64,000 nucleotides of DNA. Origin: Kiritimatiellia bacterium (GTDB lineage Bacteria > Verrucomicrobiota > Kiritimatiellia > RFP12 > UBA1067). The stretch is taken from NCBI GenBank assembly GCA_045636065.1, contig JAZTWW010000049.1, forward strand, positions 5,168 through 69,167. Reading direction: 5' to 3'. Within the stretch, counting starts at the first letter, position 1; every line of letters starts with the position of its first letter. The notes beneath the pieces were generated by a model that worked only from the letters and a program-made list of their open reading frames with translations, was not told where the DNA came from and ran no database searches. Shown piece by piece: positions 27,444 through 35,994 of this stretch. Both the position numbers and the translations under genes were made by a program.

Positions 27444-27785
27444 ATGATCACCGAAGAGATCGCAGAAGAGCAGTCGAGGTTCCCGGAGACGCTTCCGTAC
27501 CCCACGAGAAAGGTGGATGTCGCGGGGGAAATGATCGAGGAATACATCATACCCGAAAGCGACAGAGGGGAGGTGCTGGACATGCTCTACCCCTTCAGCC
27601 CCGTGCCGTCGCTTGACGACACCTTCCTCGATCTCCACGAGAACAGGCGCTTTCTGGTGAGGGACTTCAAGGTCATACAGGGCATCGGCATGCCCTTTCT
27701 GATGAGCCCCTACTGGGAGCATAGCGGAGGGTCAGTCATAGACTGGGTATCAAGAAGGTCATGCCGCAAGGGGCGGGTCCGCTGA
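27444..27785 (+). CDS. Hypothetical protein (113 aa)
   Basis: ATG with perfect AAGGAG RBS. Only + strand coding region in the window. No recognisable domain (MITEEIAEEQSRFPETLPYPTRKVDVAGEMIEEYIIPESDRGEVLDMLYPF...). Confidence 0.5.
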   Translation: MITEEIAEEQSRFPETLPYPTRKVDVAGEMIEEYIIPESDRGEVLDMLYPFSPVPSLDDTFLDLHENRRFLVRDFKVIQGIGMPFLMSPYWEHSGGSVIDWVSRRSCRKGRVR

Positions 27786-28060
27786 TGGGCTGGGTGCACA
27801 TAATGGGCACCTACATCCTTATGGGCAGGGAGGTCACCCTGCCCATGTCCCGGCGCATCGACTCCGTCGAGCGCGCACGGGCGTATGAAGACGGGTATGC
27901 CGTAGGCTACGACGACGGATGGCACGGCATACCCGAGGGGCGGCACAACATAGCCGCCGCGAGCGGTCTCGGCGACAGGTACGACAGGACGTACCAGGAC
28001 GGATACTGGAAAGGATATGAAAGCGGCCGCCGCACGGCGGCCGACTGCGCCGTCATGTGA
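27785..28060 (+). CDS. Hypothetical protein (91 aa) with YxDGY-type short repeats
   Basis: Starts at an ATG overlapping the upstream stop (TGATG), suggesting translational coupling. The ORF track lists a longer version from 27761. Repeats [13 protein letters not shown] / [12 protein letters not shown]. The 3' end overlaps the convergent infA by 8 nt. Confidence 0.4.
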   Translation: MGWVHIMGTYILMGREVTLPMSRRIDSVERARAYEDGYAVGYDDGWHGIPEGRHNIAAASGLGDRYDRTYQDGYWKGYESGRRTAADCAVM

Positions 28061-28304
28061 ACTGGCGCGGGGCGGCGGCGTCTTTATGGCGGTATGTGAT
28101 GCGCCCCTTCTGGAGATCGTAGGGGCTGATCTCGACATCCACCTTGTCGCCGATTGCGATCTTGATGAAGAACTTGCGCATCTTTCCCGAGATGTGCGCG
28201 AGAATCTGGTGGCCGTTCTCAAGCTGGACAGTGTACATCGTCGCAGGAAGCACCTTTATGACGGTGCCGGTAACTTTAATCGCCTGGTCTTCTTCTTTGG
28301 CCAT
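28053..28304 (-). CDS. infA: Translation initiation factor IF-1
   Basis: [62 protein letters not shown] is the canonical IF-1 S1-like fold sequence. Has a short C-terminal extension. Confidence 0.9.
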   Translation of the reverse strand: MAKEEDQAIKVTGTVIKVLPATMYTVQLENGHQILAHISGKMRKFFIKIAIGDKVDVEISPYDLQKGRITYRHKDAAAPRQFT

Positions 28305-28394
28305 ACAAGCCTTTCGTATCGTATTTGCAATTTAGCCGGCAGCCGTCGGAAAAGGCGGCCGCCGGACCAGTAATCGAATCTGGCCTGATTCGAC

Positions 28395-28844
28395 TCAGTT
28401 GATCGAGCCGAGGGCGATCAGCGTAAAGACCATCGTGAAGATTGCGACGGTCTCGACGATGCCGAGCGCGGCGAGATAGTTCGTGAAGCCCTGGTTCGTC
28501 TCGGCCTGGCTATCGCATGCGGATGCACCGGCGCGGCCCTGGAAGAGGGCCGAAAGGCCGATTCCGAGACCGGCGAAGATGCCGAGAAGAAGGCACGCAA
28601 GACCCGTACCCGGTACGGTTCCCTGCTTGCCGAGCATGATGAACATGAGAATCATTCCGTAGAGCGTCTGGGTGATGGGCGCACCGACGAAGGAGAGGAG
28701 AAGGAAGGGAGCGGGCTTGTTGGCCGCATAGCACTTCTTCCACGCCCCGACGGCAGCGGCCGCGGCGAAACCAGTACCGAACGCCGAACCGGCGGCGCTC
28801 AAACCCAAGCAGGCGATTGCGCCCGCGACAATCATCGGATCCAT
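28395..28844 (-). CDS. ntpK: V/A-type ATPase proteolipid subunit K (c subunit)
   Basis: 149 aa, 4 TM helices, Gly/Ala-rich (GAIACLGLSAAGSAFGTG..; GLSALFQGRAGASA). Directly downstream of the subunit I gene. Confidence 0.75.
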   Translation of the reverse strand: MDPMIVAGAIACLGLSAAGSAFGTGFAAAAAVGAWKKCYAANKPAPFLLLSFVGAPITQTLYGMILMFIMLGKQGTVPGTGLACLLLGIFAGLGIGLSALFQGRAGASACDSQAETNQGFTNYLAALGIVETVAIFTMVFTLIALGSIN

Positions 28845-28872
28845 TTTATTCTTGCTCCTTTTGTTGTTGAAG

Positions 28873-30708
28873 TTAGTGTTTTCTGAAAGGCGAGAAATCG
28901 TAGCCGCTCCAGCTCACGCCCTTGTGGTTGGAGAACTCTAGCGTGTTGAGACGCACCGCGTGGACGAGGACGGATAGCCCCGCCATGGCGAAGTTGAGAA
29001 CGTGGCCTATAAGGAGGATCGCGAGCGTCCCCAGGAAGAGGAGCGCGTTCATCCAGAGGGCGTTCTCGCTTGAAAGAAGCCCGAGAGCCATGTTGTTGAA
29101 GTTGACGGCGACCTGGACGCTCGCAAGCCCCACCGCGAAAAGACGCACGTACGAGATGATGTCACCGAGCGCGCTCATGATGTTGAGAGGCAGCATGCCA
29201 AGCTCAGCCCCGCGCGTCTTGAGCTCCTTGAAGGGAACGGTGAAGAGGAACACCGCCACGATGGATGTTATGAATACGGGGGAGAACCACCCCGGCTTGC
29301 TCGGGATCGAGGCGAGCGTGGCTGCCTGCGGCGTAAGCGCGGCGAGAGCCTCCTCGCTTACCGGCCCCTGGAAGATGCCCACGATGCCGCACGTTATCCA
29401 GTACATGCAAAGGAGTATCCCCGCCCAGGCGAACTCGGATAGGCAGGTGAGCGAATTGATCTTGCAGACTCCGTTCCAGATGCGCGCGAGCATAAGATGC
29501 GACACGCCTATCGTGAAGCAGAGGAACATCATCGTGTGGTAGCTCGGATCAGCGAGCCATTCGACCGTGGGCCACTTTGCGGCGAACGGGAGGTTGGCGC
29601 CGAACCAGGTGTTGGAGAGGACGCCCCAGAGAACCGTAGCCGAGCTGAAGACGGTCATCAGTATGAGCCAGGGTCTTGCGACGGGGCTCTTCCCCGCCTT
29701 CTTCCATCCAAGGAGCGTAAGGGCGAGTATGATCGCACCGTATCCGCCGTCTCCAACCAGCATCGCGAAGAAGACGCTGAAGTAGCACATGAAAGGAACG
29801 GAAACGTCCGACTCCCTGTAGCCGGGGGCGACTCCGAGCCCCTTGAAGAGGGAAACGACCGGCTGGAAGATCTTCGGTGGGCGTATGAGCGTGGGGGGAT
29901 TCTCGCCGGGGGCGGGATCCCTCATCATGACACCCCAGCTCCGCGCCTTGGCCTCCTCGACGAGACCGGCTGCCTTGTCGGAGGGGACCCACCCCTCTAT
30001 CCACGACACGGCGCCTTCGCTTGAAAGCTTCTCCCTGGCGGCGGCGAACGAGAGCCTGTCGGCAAGGGCCGGCGCCGAAGCCTTGATGCTCTCGACGAGC
30101 GGCATGCTGGAGGCGAGGCGGAACGTTATCGCCGCCGCATCGGCCTCGGCATCCGCGAGGGCGCGCCTCATCTCCCCGAGGCGCATCGCCGGCATCTGAA
30201 CGGGCTCGACGCCATCGGCTTCCTTCACCTCTCCGCCGACGGCTGCAAGGTAGTCCGTTTTCCCGTCGCTTCCAAGAAGCTGCGTGTAGCCGCCTTCAAC
30301 CTCGACCTTCGTCTTGGCTTTGGCCTTAAGGAGGGAGACCTTTAGCCCCTTCGCGCCGAGCTGCGCGGCAAGGGCGGGATCGAAATCGCCGAAAGGCTCG
30401 TAGGCCGTGATGGAGCGCCTCAGGGACTGGGCCTTCTGCAGGGACTCCGTGCGGCGGGCGTCCGCCGCTATAACGGCAGCTGCGTCGGCGTATCCTTCAC
30501 CCCTTCCGGTGCACTCGGCCGCGGCCTTGGAGATTATCATGGCGGCCGTCTCCGCGACGGTGCCTTCACCCTTCACTTCCATGAAGGCCTCGCCGGCCGC
30601 TCCGCTCAGATCCACATGCACGCATCCAAGCTCCCTGAGCTTCTCAAGAGTGCTGTCGCCTTCGCTCTTGACGCAGAGGAGCGTAAGATGTTTCATCGGC
30701 ACTATCAT
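28873..30708 (-). CDS. ntpI: V/A-type ATPase subunit I (a subunit, 116-kDa family)
   Basis: 611 aa. Soluble N-terminal half (MIVPMKHLTLLCVKSEGDSTLEKLRELGCVHV) and a C-terminal half with about 7-8 TM helices. Contains the essential Arg in a conserved context. ATGA overlap with the upstream D gene. Confidence 0.8.
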   Translation of the reverse strand: MIVPMKHLTLLCVKSEGDSTLEKLRELGCVHVDLSGAAGEAFMEVKGEGTVAETAAMIISKAAAECTGRGEGYADAAAVIAADARRTESLQKAQSLRRSITAYEPFGDFDPALAAQLGAKGLKVSLLKAKAKTKVEVEGGYTQLLGSDGKTDYLAAVGGEVKEADGVEPVQMPAMRLGEMRRALADAEADAAAITFRLASSMPLVESIKASAPALADRLSFAAAREKLSSEGAVSWIEGWVPSDKAAGLVEEAKARSWGVMMRDPAPGENPPTLIRPPKIFQPVVSLFKGLGVAPGYRESDVSVPFMCYFSVFFAMLVGDGGYGAIILALTLLGWKKAGKSPVARPWLILMTVFSSATVLWGVLSNTWFGANLPFAAKWPTVEWLADPSYHTMMFLCFTIGVSHLMLARIWNGVCKINSLTCLSEFAWAGILLCMYWITCGIVGIFQGPVSEEALAALTPQAATLASIPSKPGWFSPVFITSIVAVFLFTVPFKELKTRGAELGMLPLNIMSALGDIISYVRLFAVGLASVQVAVNFNNMALGLLSSENALWMNALLFLGTLAILLIGHVLNFAMAGLSVLVHAVRLNTLEFSNHKGVSWSGYDFSPFRKH

Positions 30709-31331
30709 GACGCCACCTCCAGGATATCATCGGCCTCGGAGCTCTTGCTGCGCCCCTTGGCGATCTTGCCGCGCGTGACGGCGGCCGTCTGCTCGTCGCC
30801 GATGGCGATTTTTATGACGCGGATGTTCTCGCGGCATTCGGGGATCTTCACCTTCTCGAAGAGGTTCACGCGCTGGCTCGTCGTCTGAAGCTCCGCGGCT
30901 ATAAGCTCGCGCTGGCGGGAAAGTATCTCGCGCTCGCTCCTGAGCGCAAGCATCTCTACGGCCGCATCGGCGAGATTGTCGGCCCACGGGGGCGTGGCCC
31001 AGAGATCGATGTCGCGCATTTCTGTTTCAATGCCCTTGTAGACGGGGATGGAGACGCCGGCGATATTGGCCGTCGCGGTCTCCACGCGCTTGAGCGTGAC
31101 GATACCGTCCGCGAACGAGGGATCGGCCGCAACAAGCCCGACCCACGCATCAAGCCTCTCATGGGCCTCGCGTTCGCGCGCGGCTACAGCCTCCACCTTC
31201 GCGACTATGCCTGCGATCTCGGCCTGGAGCTGCTGCTTCTTCAACTGCAGCATGGGAAGGAACCTGCGGAAGCGCTTGAGCGCGTCCGTCTGGGCCTTCA
31301 GTTCGGTCTTTGTAAGTTTAATCTTTGCCAT
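30705..31331 (-). CDS. ntpD: V/A-type ATPase subunit D (probable)
   Basis: Start at MAKIKLTKTELKAQTDALKRFRRFLPMLQLKKQQL (ATG complement 31329-31331). Coiled-coil stalk protein, about 208 aa. Matches the subunit-D N-terminal pattern (P/KT..EL...K.RL..A.RG..LLK.K). Confidence 0.55.
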   Translation of the reverse strand: MAKIKLTKTELKAQTDALKRFRRFLPMLQLKKQQLQAEIAGIVAKVEAVAAREREAHERLDAWVGLVAADPSFADGIVTLKRVETATANIAGVSIPVYKGIETEMRDIDLWATPPWADNLADAAVEMLALRSEREILSRQRELIAAELQTTSQRVNLFEKVKIPECRENIRVIKIAIGDEQTAAVTRGKIAKGRSKSSEADDILEVAS

Positions 31332-31365
31332 CGCCTGAAACCTACCGTAGGAAATTACCCTTATT

Positions 31366-31394
31366 ATTATACTTTCCCGCACGCCAAAAAGCAA
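31366..31394 (-). promoter_or_regulatory. sigma70-like promoter (TTGCTT-N17-TATAAT on minus strand) for the ntpD-I-K mini-operon
   Basis: Minus strand: TTGCTT (comp. 31389-31394), a 17-nt spacer, then TATAAT (comp. 31366-31371). Sits about 35 nt upstream of the ntpD ATG. Confidence 0.45.
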
Positions 31395-31463
31395 CCATGA
31401 TTTTAATATTTTTTCAAGGTGCCGTTTTAAAGGGCGGCTTTACCGGCTTTTAGACAAAGAAAA

Positions 31464-31486
31464 GCGCGCGGCCTTAAGCCGCGCGC
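31464..31486 (-). terminator. Rho-independent terminator-like hairpin 3' of tRNA-Leu
   Basis: GCGCGCGGC-cttaa-GCCGCGCGC perfect 9-bp GC stem. Followed on the minus strand by T-rich ttttctttgtctaaaa. Confidence 0.5.
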
Positions 31487-31490
31487 CTTC

Positions 31491-31572
31491 TGGTGGGCAC
31501 GGAGGGACTTGAACCCTCACTCTTTCGAACTGGAACCTAAATCCAGCGTGTCTGCCATTCCACCACGTGCCC
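31491..31572 (-). tRNA. tRNA-Leu (anticodon TAG), type II with long variable arm, CCA encoded
   Basis: Reverse complement GGGCACGTGGTGGAATGGCAGACACGCTGGATTTAGGTTCCAGTTCGAAAGAGTGAGGGTTCAAGTCCCTCCGTGCCCACCA. 7-bp acceptor, anticodon loop TTTAGGT, long variable arm, T-loop GTTCAAGTC. Confidence 0.9.
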
Positions 31573-31592
31573 GTCAAGGGCATTCATGCCCC

Positions 31593-31994
31593 TCAGGCCT
31601 GGGCTTCCGCGGCGGGAGCGGCCTCGGGGGCCTTCTCTGCGACGCTGACCCACTGGAGGATCGCCATCTCGGCGCCGTCGCCCCTGCGGGCTCCGACCTT
31701 GAGGATGCGCGTATATCCGCCCTTGCGGCCGTCCAGCGCGGGGACGATCTTGTCGAAGAGCTTCTGCACGGCCTTGGGCTGCGCGAGGCGGCTTGCGGCG
31801 AGACGGCGCGCGGCGAGCGTACCCTTGCGGGCGATCGTTACCATGCGCTCGGCGTCCTTGCGGGCCTCCTTGGCCTTGGGAAGCGTAGTCTTGATGGACT
31901 CTTCGATGATGAGATTCGTGACAAGGCTCTTCATGAGCGCCTTGCGGTGCTTCATGGAGCGGCCAAACTTCTTCATAACTCTCTGGTGACGCAT
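31593..31994 (-). CDS. rplQ: 50S ribosomal protein L17
   Basis: MRHQRVMKKFGRSMKHRKALMKSLVTNLIIEESIKTTLPKAKEARK..ERMVT.AR.G.L..RR. Typical L17. Ala/Pro-rich C-terminal tail. Confidence 0.95.
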   Translation of the reverse strand: MRHQRVMKKFGRSMKHRKALMKSLVTNLIIEESIKTTLPKAKEARKDAERMVTIARKGTLAARRLAASRLAQPKAVQKLFDKIVPALDGRKGGYTRILKVGARRGDGAEMAILQWVSVAEKAPEAAPAAEAQA

Positions 31995-32015
31995 TTCGGG
32001 TGTCTCCTAAAATTT

Positions 32016-33014
32016 TTACTTCTTCGATTCCAGAAGGTCGGCATCGAACTTGTAGCCGAGGCAGAGTCCTAGATCCTTGAGCTTGTCCTTGATCTCGTTC
32101 AGCGACTTCTTGCCGAAGTTGCGGTACTTGAGCATGTCGGACTCCGTCTTCTGCGCGAGCTCGCCGACGGTGGCGATGTTCGCGTTGTTGAGGCAGTTCG
32201 CCGCACGGACGGAAAGTTCGATCTCGTTGACGGACATGTTGAGCAGCTTCCTCAGACGCTCGCGCTCGTCGGCGCCCTTCTTCTCGGAATCCTCGAATTC
32301 GAGCGACTCCTCGTTGGAGTAGTCGACGAAGACGTCGAGATGGCGGCGGAGAACGGCGGCGGCCGTCTTCAGCGCATCGTCAGGCGTGACGCGGCCGTCG
32401 GTCCACACGTCGAGGACGAGCTTCTCGTAGTCGGTGCGCTGACCGACGCGGGTGTTCTCGACGAGGAAGTTGACCCTCGTGACAGGTGAGAAGATGGAGT
32501 CGATCGCGATGCGCCCGATCTCCTGCTCGGCGGTCTTGTTGCCCTCGGCGAGGCAGAAGCCGCGACCCGTCCTCAGCTCGCACTCCATGTCGATGGAGCC
32601 GTCGGATTCGAGGGTGCAGATCTCCTGGCGGGGGTTGAGGACCTCCACGGCGTTGTCCGCTGCGAAATCGCCTGCGGTCACGACGCACGGGCCCTGCTTC
32701 TTCAACGTGATGCGCCCGGCATCCCTGCTGTACGTTTTGAGGAGTACGCGCTTAAGATTCAGGATGATGTCAGTCACGTCCTCGGCGCAGCCGGGGATCG
32801 TTGAAAACTCATGGTGCACGCCCGCGATCCTCACGCTCGAGATGGCACAGCCTTCGATGGAGGACAGGAGCACGCGCCTGAGGGAGTTGCCAATGGTGCG
32901 CGCATAACCGATCTCAAACGGCTCGGCGACGAAACGCGCATACGTTCCGGTTGCGGCGGAATCATCCTTGCGGACGGCACGCGGCATCTCGAAACGGCTA
33001 AGACGAATCGGCAT
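32016..33014 (-). CDS. rpoA: DNA-directed RNA polymerase subunit alpha
   Basis: Start at MPIRLSRFEMP (ATG complement 33012-33014). GYARTIGNSLRRVLLSSIEGCAI..V.I.GV.HEF..IPG. C-terminal domain NMSVNEIELSVRAANCLNNANI.TVGEL. Confidence 0.95.
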   Translation of the reverse strand: MPIRLSRFEMPRAVRKDDSAATGTYARFVAEPFEIGYARTIGNSLRRVLLSSIEGCAISSVRIAGVHHEFSTIPGCAEDVTDIILNLKRVLLKTYSRDAGRITLKKQGPCVVTAGDFAADNAVEVLNPRQEICTLESDGSIDMECELRTGRGFCLAEGNKTAEQEIGRIAIDSIFSPVTRVNFLVENTRVGQRTDYEKLVLDVWTDGRVTPDDALKTAAAVLRRHLDVFVDYSNEESLEFEDSEKKGADERERLRKLLNMSVNEIELSVRAANCLNNANIATVGELAQKTESDMLKYRNFGKKSLNEIKDKLKDLGLCLGYKFDADLLESKK

Positions 33015-33092
33015 TGTAGATCTCCTTAAACTTTGCCGCACCCGCCCCCAAGGCATCCGCCCGGGGCAGGCCGGCATTGTACAGCGCAACGA

Positions 33093-33695
33093 TTAGCGCG
33101 AGTAAAGTTCGACGATTGCCTGAACGTTGATGTTCTCCGGGATCTCGGAGCGTTCAGGCACGCTGACCAGGGTGCCGGTCATCGTGGCGGCATCCCAGGT
33201 GAGCCAGTTCACGGAAGCCTTGCTGTGCTCCAGCGAAGCTATCACGGCGCTCATCTTCTGGGCCTTCTCGCGAAGACCGATCGTCTCACCCGGGCGGACC
33301 GTGTAGGACGGGATGTTGCAGAGCTTGCCGTTGACCGTGACGTGGCGGTGCGTGACGAGCTGGCGGGCCGCCGCGCGCGTCGGGGCGATCCCGAGGCGGT
33401 AGACGACGTTGTCAAGGCGCGTCTCGCAGAGCTGGAGGAGAATGTCGCCCGTGACGCCCTGCTTGGCGCGTGCGCGCTCGAAGAAGAGGCGGAACTGCTT
33501 CTCCAGCATTCCGTAGATGTACTTGGCCTTCTGCTTCTCGCGAAGCTGCTCACCGTATTCGGAGAGCTTGCGGGCGCGCTTGGCGCCATGCTGGCCGGGC
33601 TTGTTGGGACGGCGCTCGAGAACCTTGTCGGGCCCGTAGATGGGTTCGCCGAAGCGGCGGGATATCTTTGAGCGGGGACCTGTGTAGCGTGCCAT
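33093..33695 (-). CDS. rpsD: 30S ribosomal protein S4
   Basis: MARYTGPRSKISRRFGEPIYG...EYGEQLREKQKAKYIYGMLEKQFR.FFERA. Canonical S4. Confidence 0.95.
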   Translation of the reverse strand: MARYTGPRSKISRRFGEPIYGPDKVLERRPNKPGQHGAKRARKLSEYGEQLREKQKAKYIYGMLEKQFRLFFERARAKQGVTGDILLQLCETRLDNVVYRLGIAPTRAAARQLVTHRHVTVNGKLCNIPSYTVRPGETIGLREKAQKMSAVIASLEHSKASVNWLTWDAATMTGTLVSVPERSEIPENINVQAIVELYSR

Positions 33696-33697
33696 TG

Positions 33698-34156
33698 TTA
33701 GACCCTCCGGCGCTTGCGTGGACGGCAGCCGTTGTGGGGAACCGGCGTCGTGTCCGTTATCATAGTTACGCGAATGCCCGCGGCCTGTATCGCGCGGACG
33801 GCGCTCTCACGGCCGGCCCCCGCGCCCTGCATGCGGACCTCACATTCGTGCATGCCCTTGGCGTATGCCGTGCGGGCCGCGTCCTGCGCAACCATCGTTG
33901 CCGCGAACGCCGTGCACTTGCGGCTGCCCTTGAAGCCGGCCTTACCTGCCGAGCTCCATGCGATCACGCCGCCGCGGGCGTCTGCGATGGACACCTGCGT
34001 GTTGTTGAATGTCGAACGGATGAAGGCGATGCCGGCCGGGATCGATTTTCCCGGACGCTTCTTGGCGGCACCCGCTTCGCCCTCTGCGGCAGGCGCCGCA
34101 GCACCGTCACCGGCAGCTACCGGTGCGGCTTCATTTGCTTTGATTTCTTCGCTCAT
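33698..34156 (-). CDS. rpsK: 30S ribosomal protein S11
   Basis: [44 protein letters not shown]...[26 protein letters not shown]. Has a low-complexity N-terminal extension. Confidence 0.95.
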   Translation of the reverse strand: MSEEIKANEAAPVAAGDGAAAPAAEGEAGAAKKRPGKSIPAGIAFIRSTFNNTQVSIADARGGVIAWSSAGKAGFKGSRKCTAFAATMVAQDAARTAYAKGMHECEVRMQGAGAGRESAVRAIQAAGIRVTMITDTTPVPHNGCRPRKRRRV

Positions 34157-34193
34157 GAACGGTTTTCTTCTTTCTTGGCTTCTTCAACAGGCC

Positions 34194-34583
34194 TTACTTC
34201 TTGGCCGGCGCCGCCGCACGGATGACTGCCGCGCTTCCGCGACGGCCGTTCTTGCGGGTGGAGGCGTTGGTCTTCGTGCGCTGGCCGCGAACCGGCAGCC
34301 CGCGCTTGTGCCTCAGACCCCTGTACGTGCCGATCGAAATCAGGCGACGGACGTTCTGAGACACCTCGCGGCGGAGGTCACCCTCCACGCGATAGTGGTC
34401 CTGGATGAACGTGGTGATGGCGTGGATCTCATCCTGGGAGAGATCGTCGGCCTTCTTCATCACGTCAATGTTGCATGCGGCCAGCACGTCGTCTGCGCGC
34501 TTGGGCCCGATACCATGGATATAGCGGAGAGCATAGCGGATATGCTTCTTGCCCGGAATATCCACACCCATCAGTCTCGGCAT
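34194..34583 (-). CDS. rpsM: 30S ribosomal protein S13
   Basis: MPRLMGVDIPGKKHIRYALRYIHGIGPKRA...YRGLRHKRGLPVRGQRTKTNA.TRKG. Confidence 0.95.
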   Translation of the reverse strand: MPRLMGVDIPGKKHIRYALRYIHGIGPKRADDVLAACNIDVMKKADDLSQDEIHAITTFIQDHYRVEGDLRREVSQNVRRLISIGTYRGLRHKRGLPVRGQRTKTNASTRKNGRRGSAAVIRAAAPAKK

Positions 34584-34599
34584 GGTCTTCTTCCTTACT

Positions 34600-34713
34600 T
34601 TAGCCCTGGCGCTGCTTATGGCGCGGGTTTGTGCAAATTACACGCACCACTCCCTTGCGGCGAATGATGCGGCAGTTCTCGCAAATGCGTCTAACAGAAC
34701 TACGAACTTTCAT
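34600..34713 (-). CDS. rpmJ: 50S ribosomal protein L36
   Basis: Not in ORF track (37 aa). Manual translation of the minus strand: [37 protein letters not shown], stop TAA at complement 34600-34602. Has the CxxC...C..H zinc-ribbon of L36. Conserved position after rpsM. Confidence 0.9.
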   Translation of the reverse strand: MKVRSSVRRICENCRIIRRKGVVRVICTNPRHKQRQG

Positions 34714-34795
34714 GGTAAACACTCTTTCCTGTGGACAAACGAAAGCATATTATCGCATATTTCGCGCGATTTTGCAAGAGGAAATTTTAAAATTT

Positions 34796-35968
34796 TCAAT
34801 TGCGGCCTAAATCCCGTGTAAAAAGGGAATCTGACGGCGCCGCTACGCATGATGGATCCTCCCCTGAAAGGCTGCCTGTCGCGGCTTCGGCGCGTGCGCG
34901 GAAGCTTCCGCCGCACATTTGAAGCCACTTGCATGAAAGGCATTTAGCCGGGAGAAGCGAGCGGTTGCGGTATTTGAAGAGGATGCTCCCTTCGGGGGGG
35001 CTATCCCATATTTCGGCGAACGGCCGCTCGCGCACGCTCCCCACCGGACGGGTGCGCGAGAACTGGTCGGGGTACACCGAGCCGTCCCACGATATGGCAG
35101 CTATCCCCGTTCCGCTAGAGCTTCCGCCGTTTCTCGTTAGAAGCTCGCGGGCCTCGGCCGCCCTCGGGTTCCCTCCCCTCTCCATCCTCTCCACGAGCCA
35201 CGGTCCGTCGGAGGGGTTGTCCACCGTAAGAACCTCCACCGGGTGGCCGGATGCGTGCGAGCGGACCGTCTCGGCGAGGATGGTCTCAAGCGCCGCGCGC
35301 GTCGAGTCGACGCCTAGGCCCATGTCCTTTATCCCCGCGCCGCGCCCGGACGGGACAAGATGGTAGAGGCATATCCTCGGGATGCGCATTTTACGGACGA
35401 GGGCGAATATCTCCGGCAAGGCATCTACGTTCGCCTTGGTAAGGGTCACCCTAAGTCCCGTCCTGACGCCTTCTGCAAGAAGCCTCCCAATCGCATCGAC
35501 GGCAAGGCCGTAAGCACCTTCCATCCCCCTGAACGAATCATGCATCTTTTCGCCGCCGTCGATGGATACGCCCACATAGCCCACCTTGAGCCTCGCTATC
35601 TCGCGAGCGAGCCGTCCGTCTATAAGCGTTCCGTTCGTCGAGAATGTGACCCCCATCCCCCTTGAGCGCGCGCGAGAGGCGATATCCATCACATCAGGCC
35701 GCATGAAAGGCTCGCCTCCCGAAAGGAGAAGGACGGGAACGCCATAGTCAGCCAGCGAATCGACGAGCCCCAAAGCCTCGGAGCGGGAAAGCTCGTCTTC
35801 GGCGGGGCGCCCCTTGAGCGCCGAAGCGTAGCAGTGTACGCACGAGAGGTTGCACGCGCGCGTCACGTTCCAGACGACGACCGGCTTCGAATGGACGCCT
35901 TGACGGGCATACCGGAGCCTGTCCCCGGAAGCGGCGGCGCCTAGATAGAGCCTGGAAATGCCAACCAT
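34796..35968 (-). CDS. Radical SAM protein with C-terminal SPASM-like Cys cluster (AhbD/NirJ-like, possibly a heme-biosynthesis maturase)
   Basis: CNLSCVHC CxxxCxxC motif near the N-terminus. Gly-rich SAM-binding (LLLSGGEPF). C-terminal CLSCKWLQMCGGSF and C-terminal Cys auxiliary-cluster pattern. Adjacent to hemL. Confidence 0.65.
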   Translation of the reverse strand: MVGISRLYLGAAASGDRLRYARQGVHSKPVVVWNVTRACNLSCVHCYASALKGRPAEDELSRSEALGLVDSLADYGVPVLLLSGGEPFMRPDVMDIASRARSRGMGVTFSTNGTLIDGRLAREIARLKVGYVGVSIDGGEKMHDSFRGMEGAYGLAVDAIGRLLAEGVRTGLRVTLTKANVDALPEIFALVRKMRIPRICLYHLVPSGRGAGIKDMGLGVDSTRAALETILAETVRSHASGHPVEVLTVDNPSDGPWLVERMERGGNPRAAEARELLTRNGGSSSGTGIAAISWDGSVYPDQFSRTRPVGSVRERPFAEIWDSPPEGSILFKYRNRSLLPAKCLSCKWLQMCGGSFRARAEAATGSLSGEDPSCVAAPSDSLFTRDLGRN

Positions 35969-35994
35969 GCCTTAAGTCCGCCCCCGGCCGCGCC

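Noticed and set aside
28326-28365. GC-rich imperfect hairpin between ntpK and infA as an intrinsic terminator
   Set aside because: The stem has mismatches, and there is no downstream U-tract on the minus strand. At most it is an attenuator or processing structure. It is mentioned in the V-ATPase finding only.
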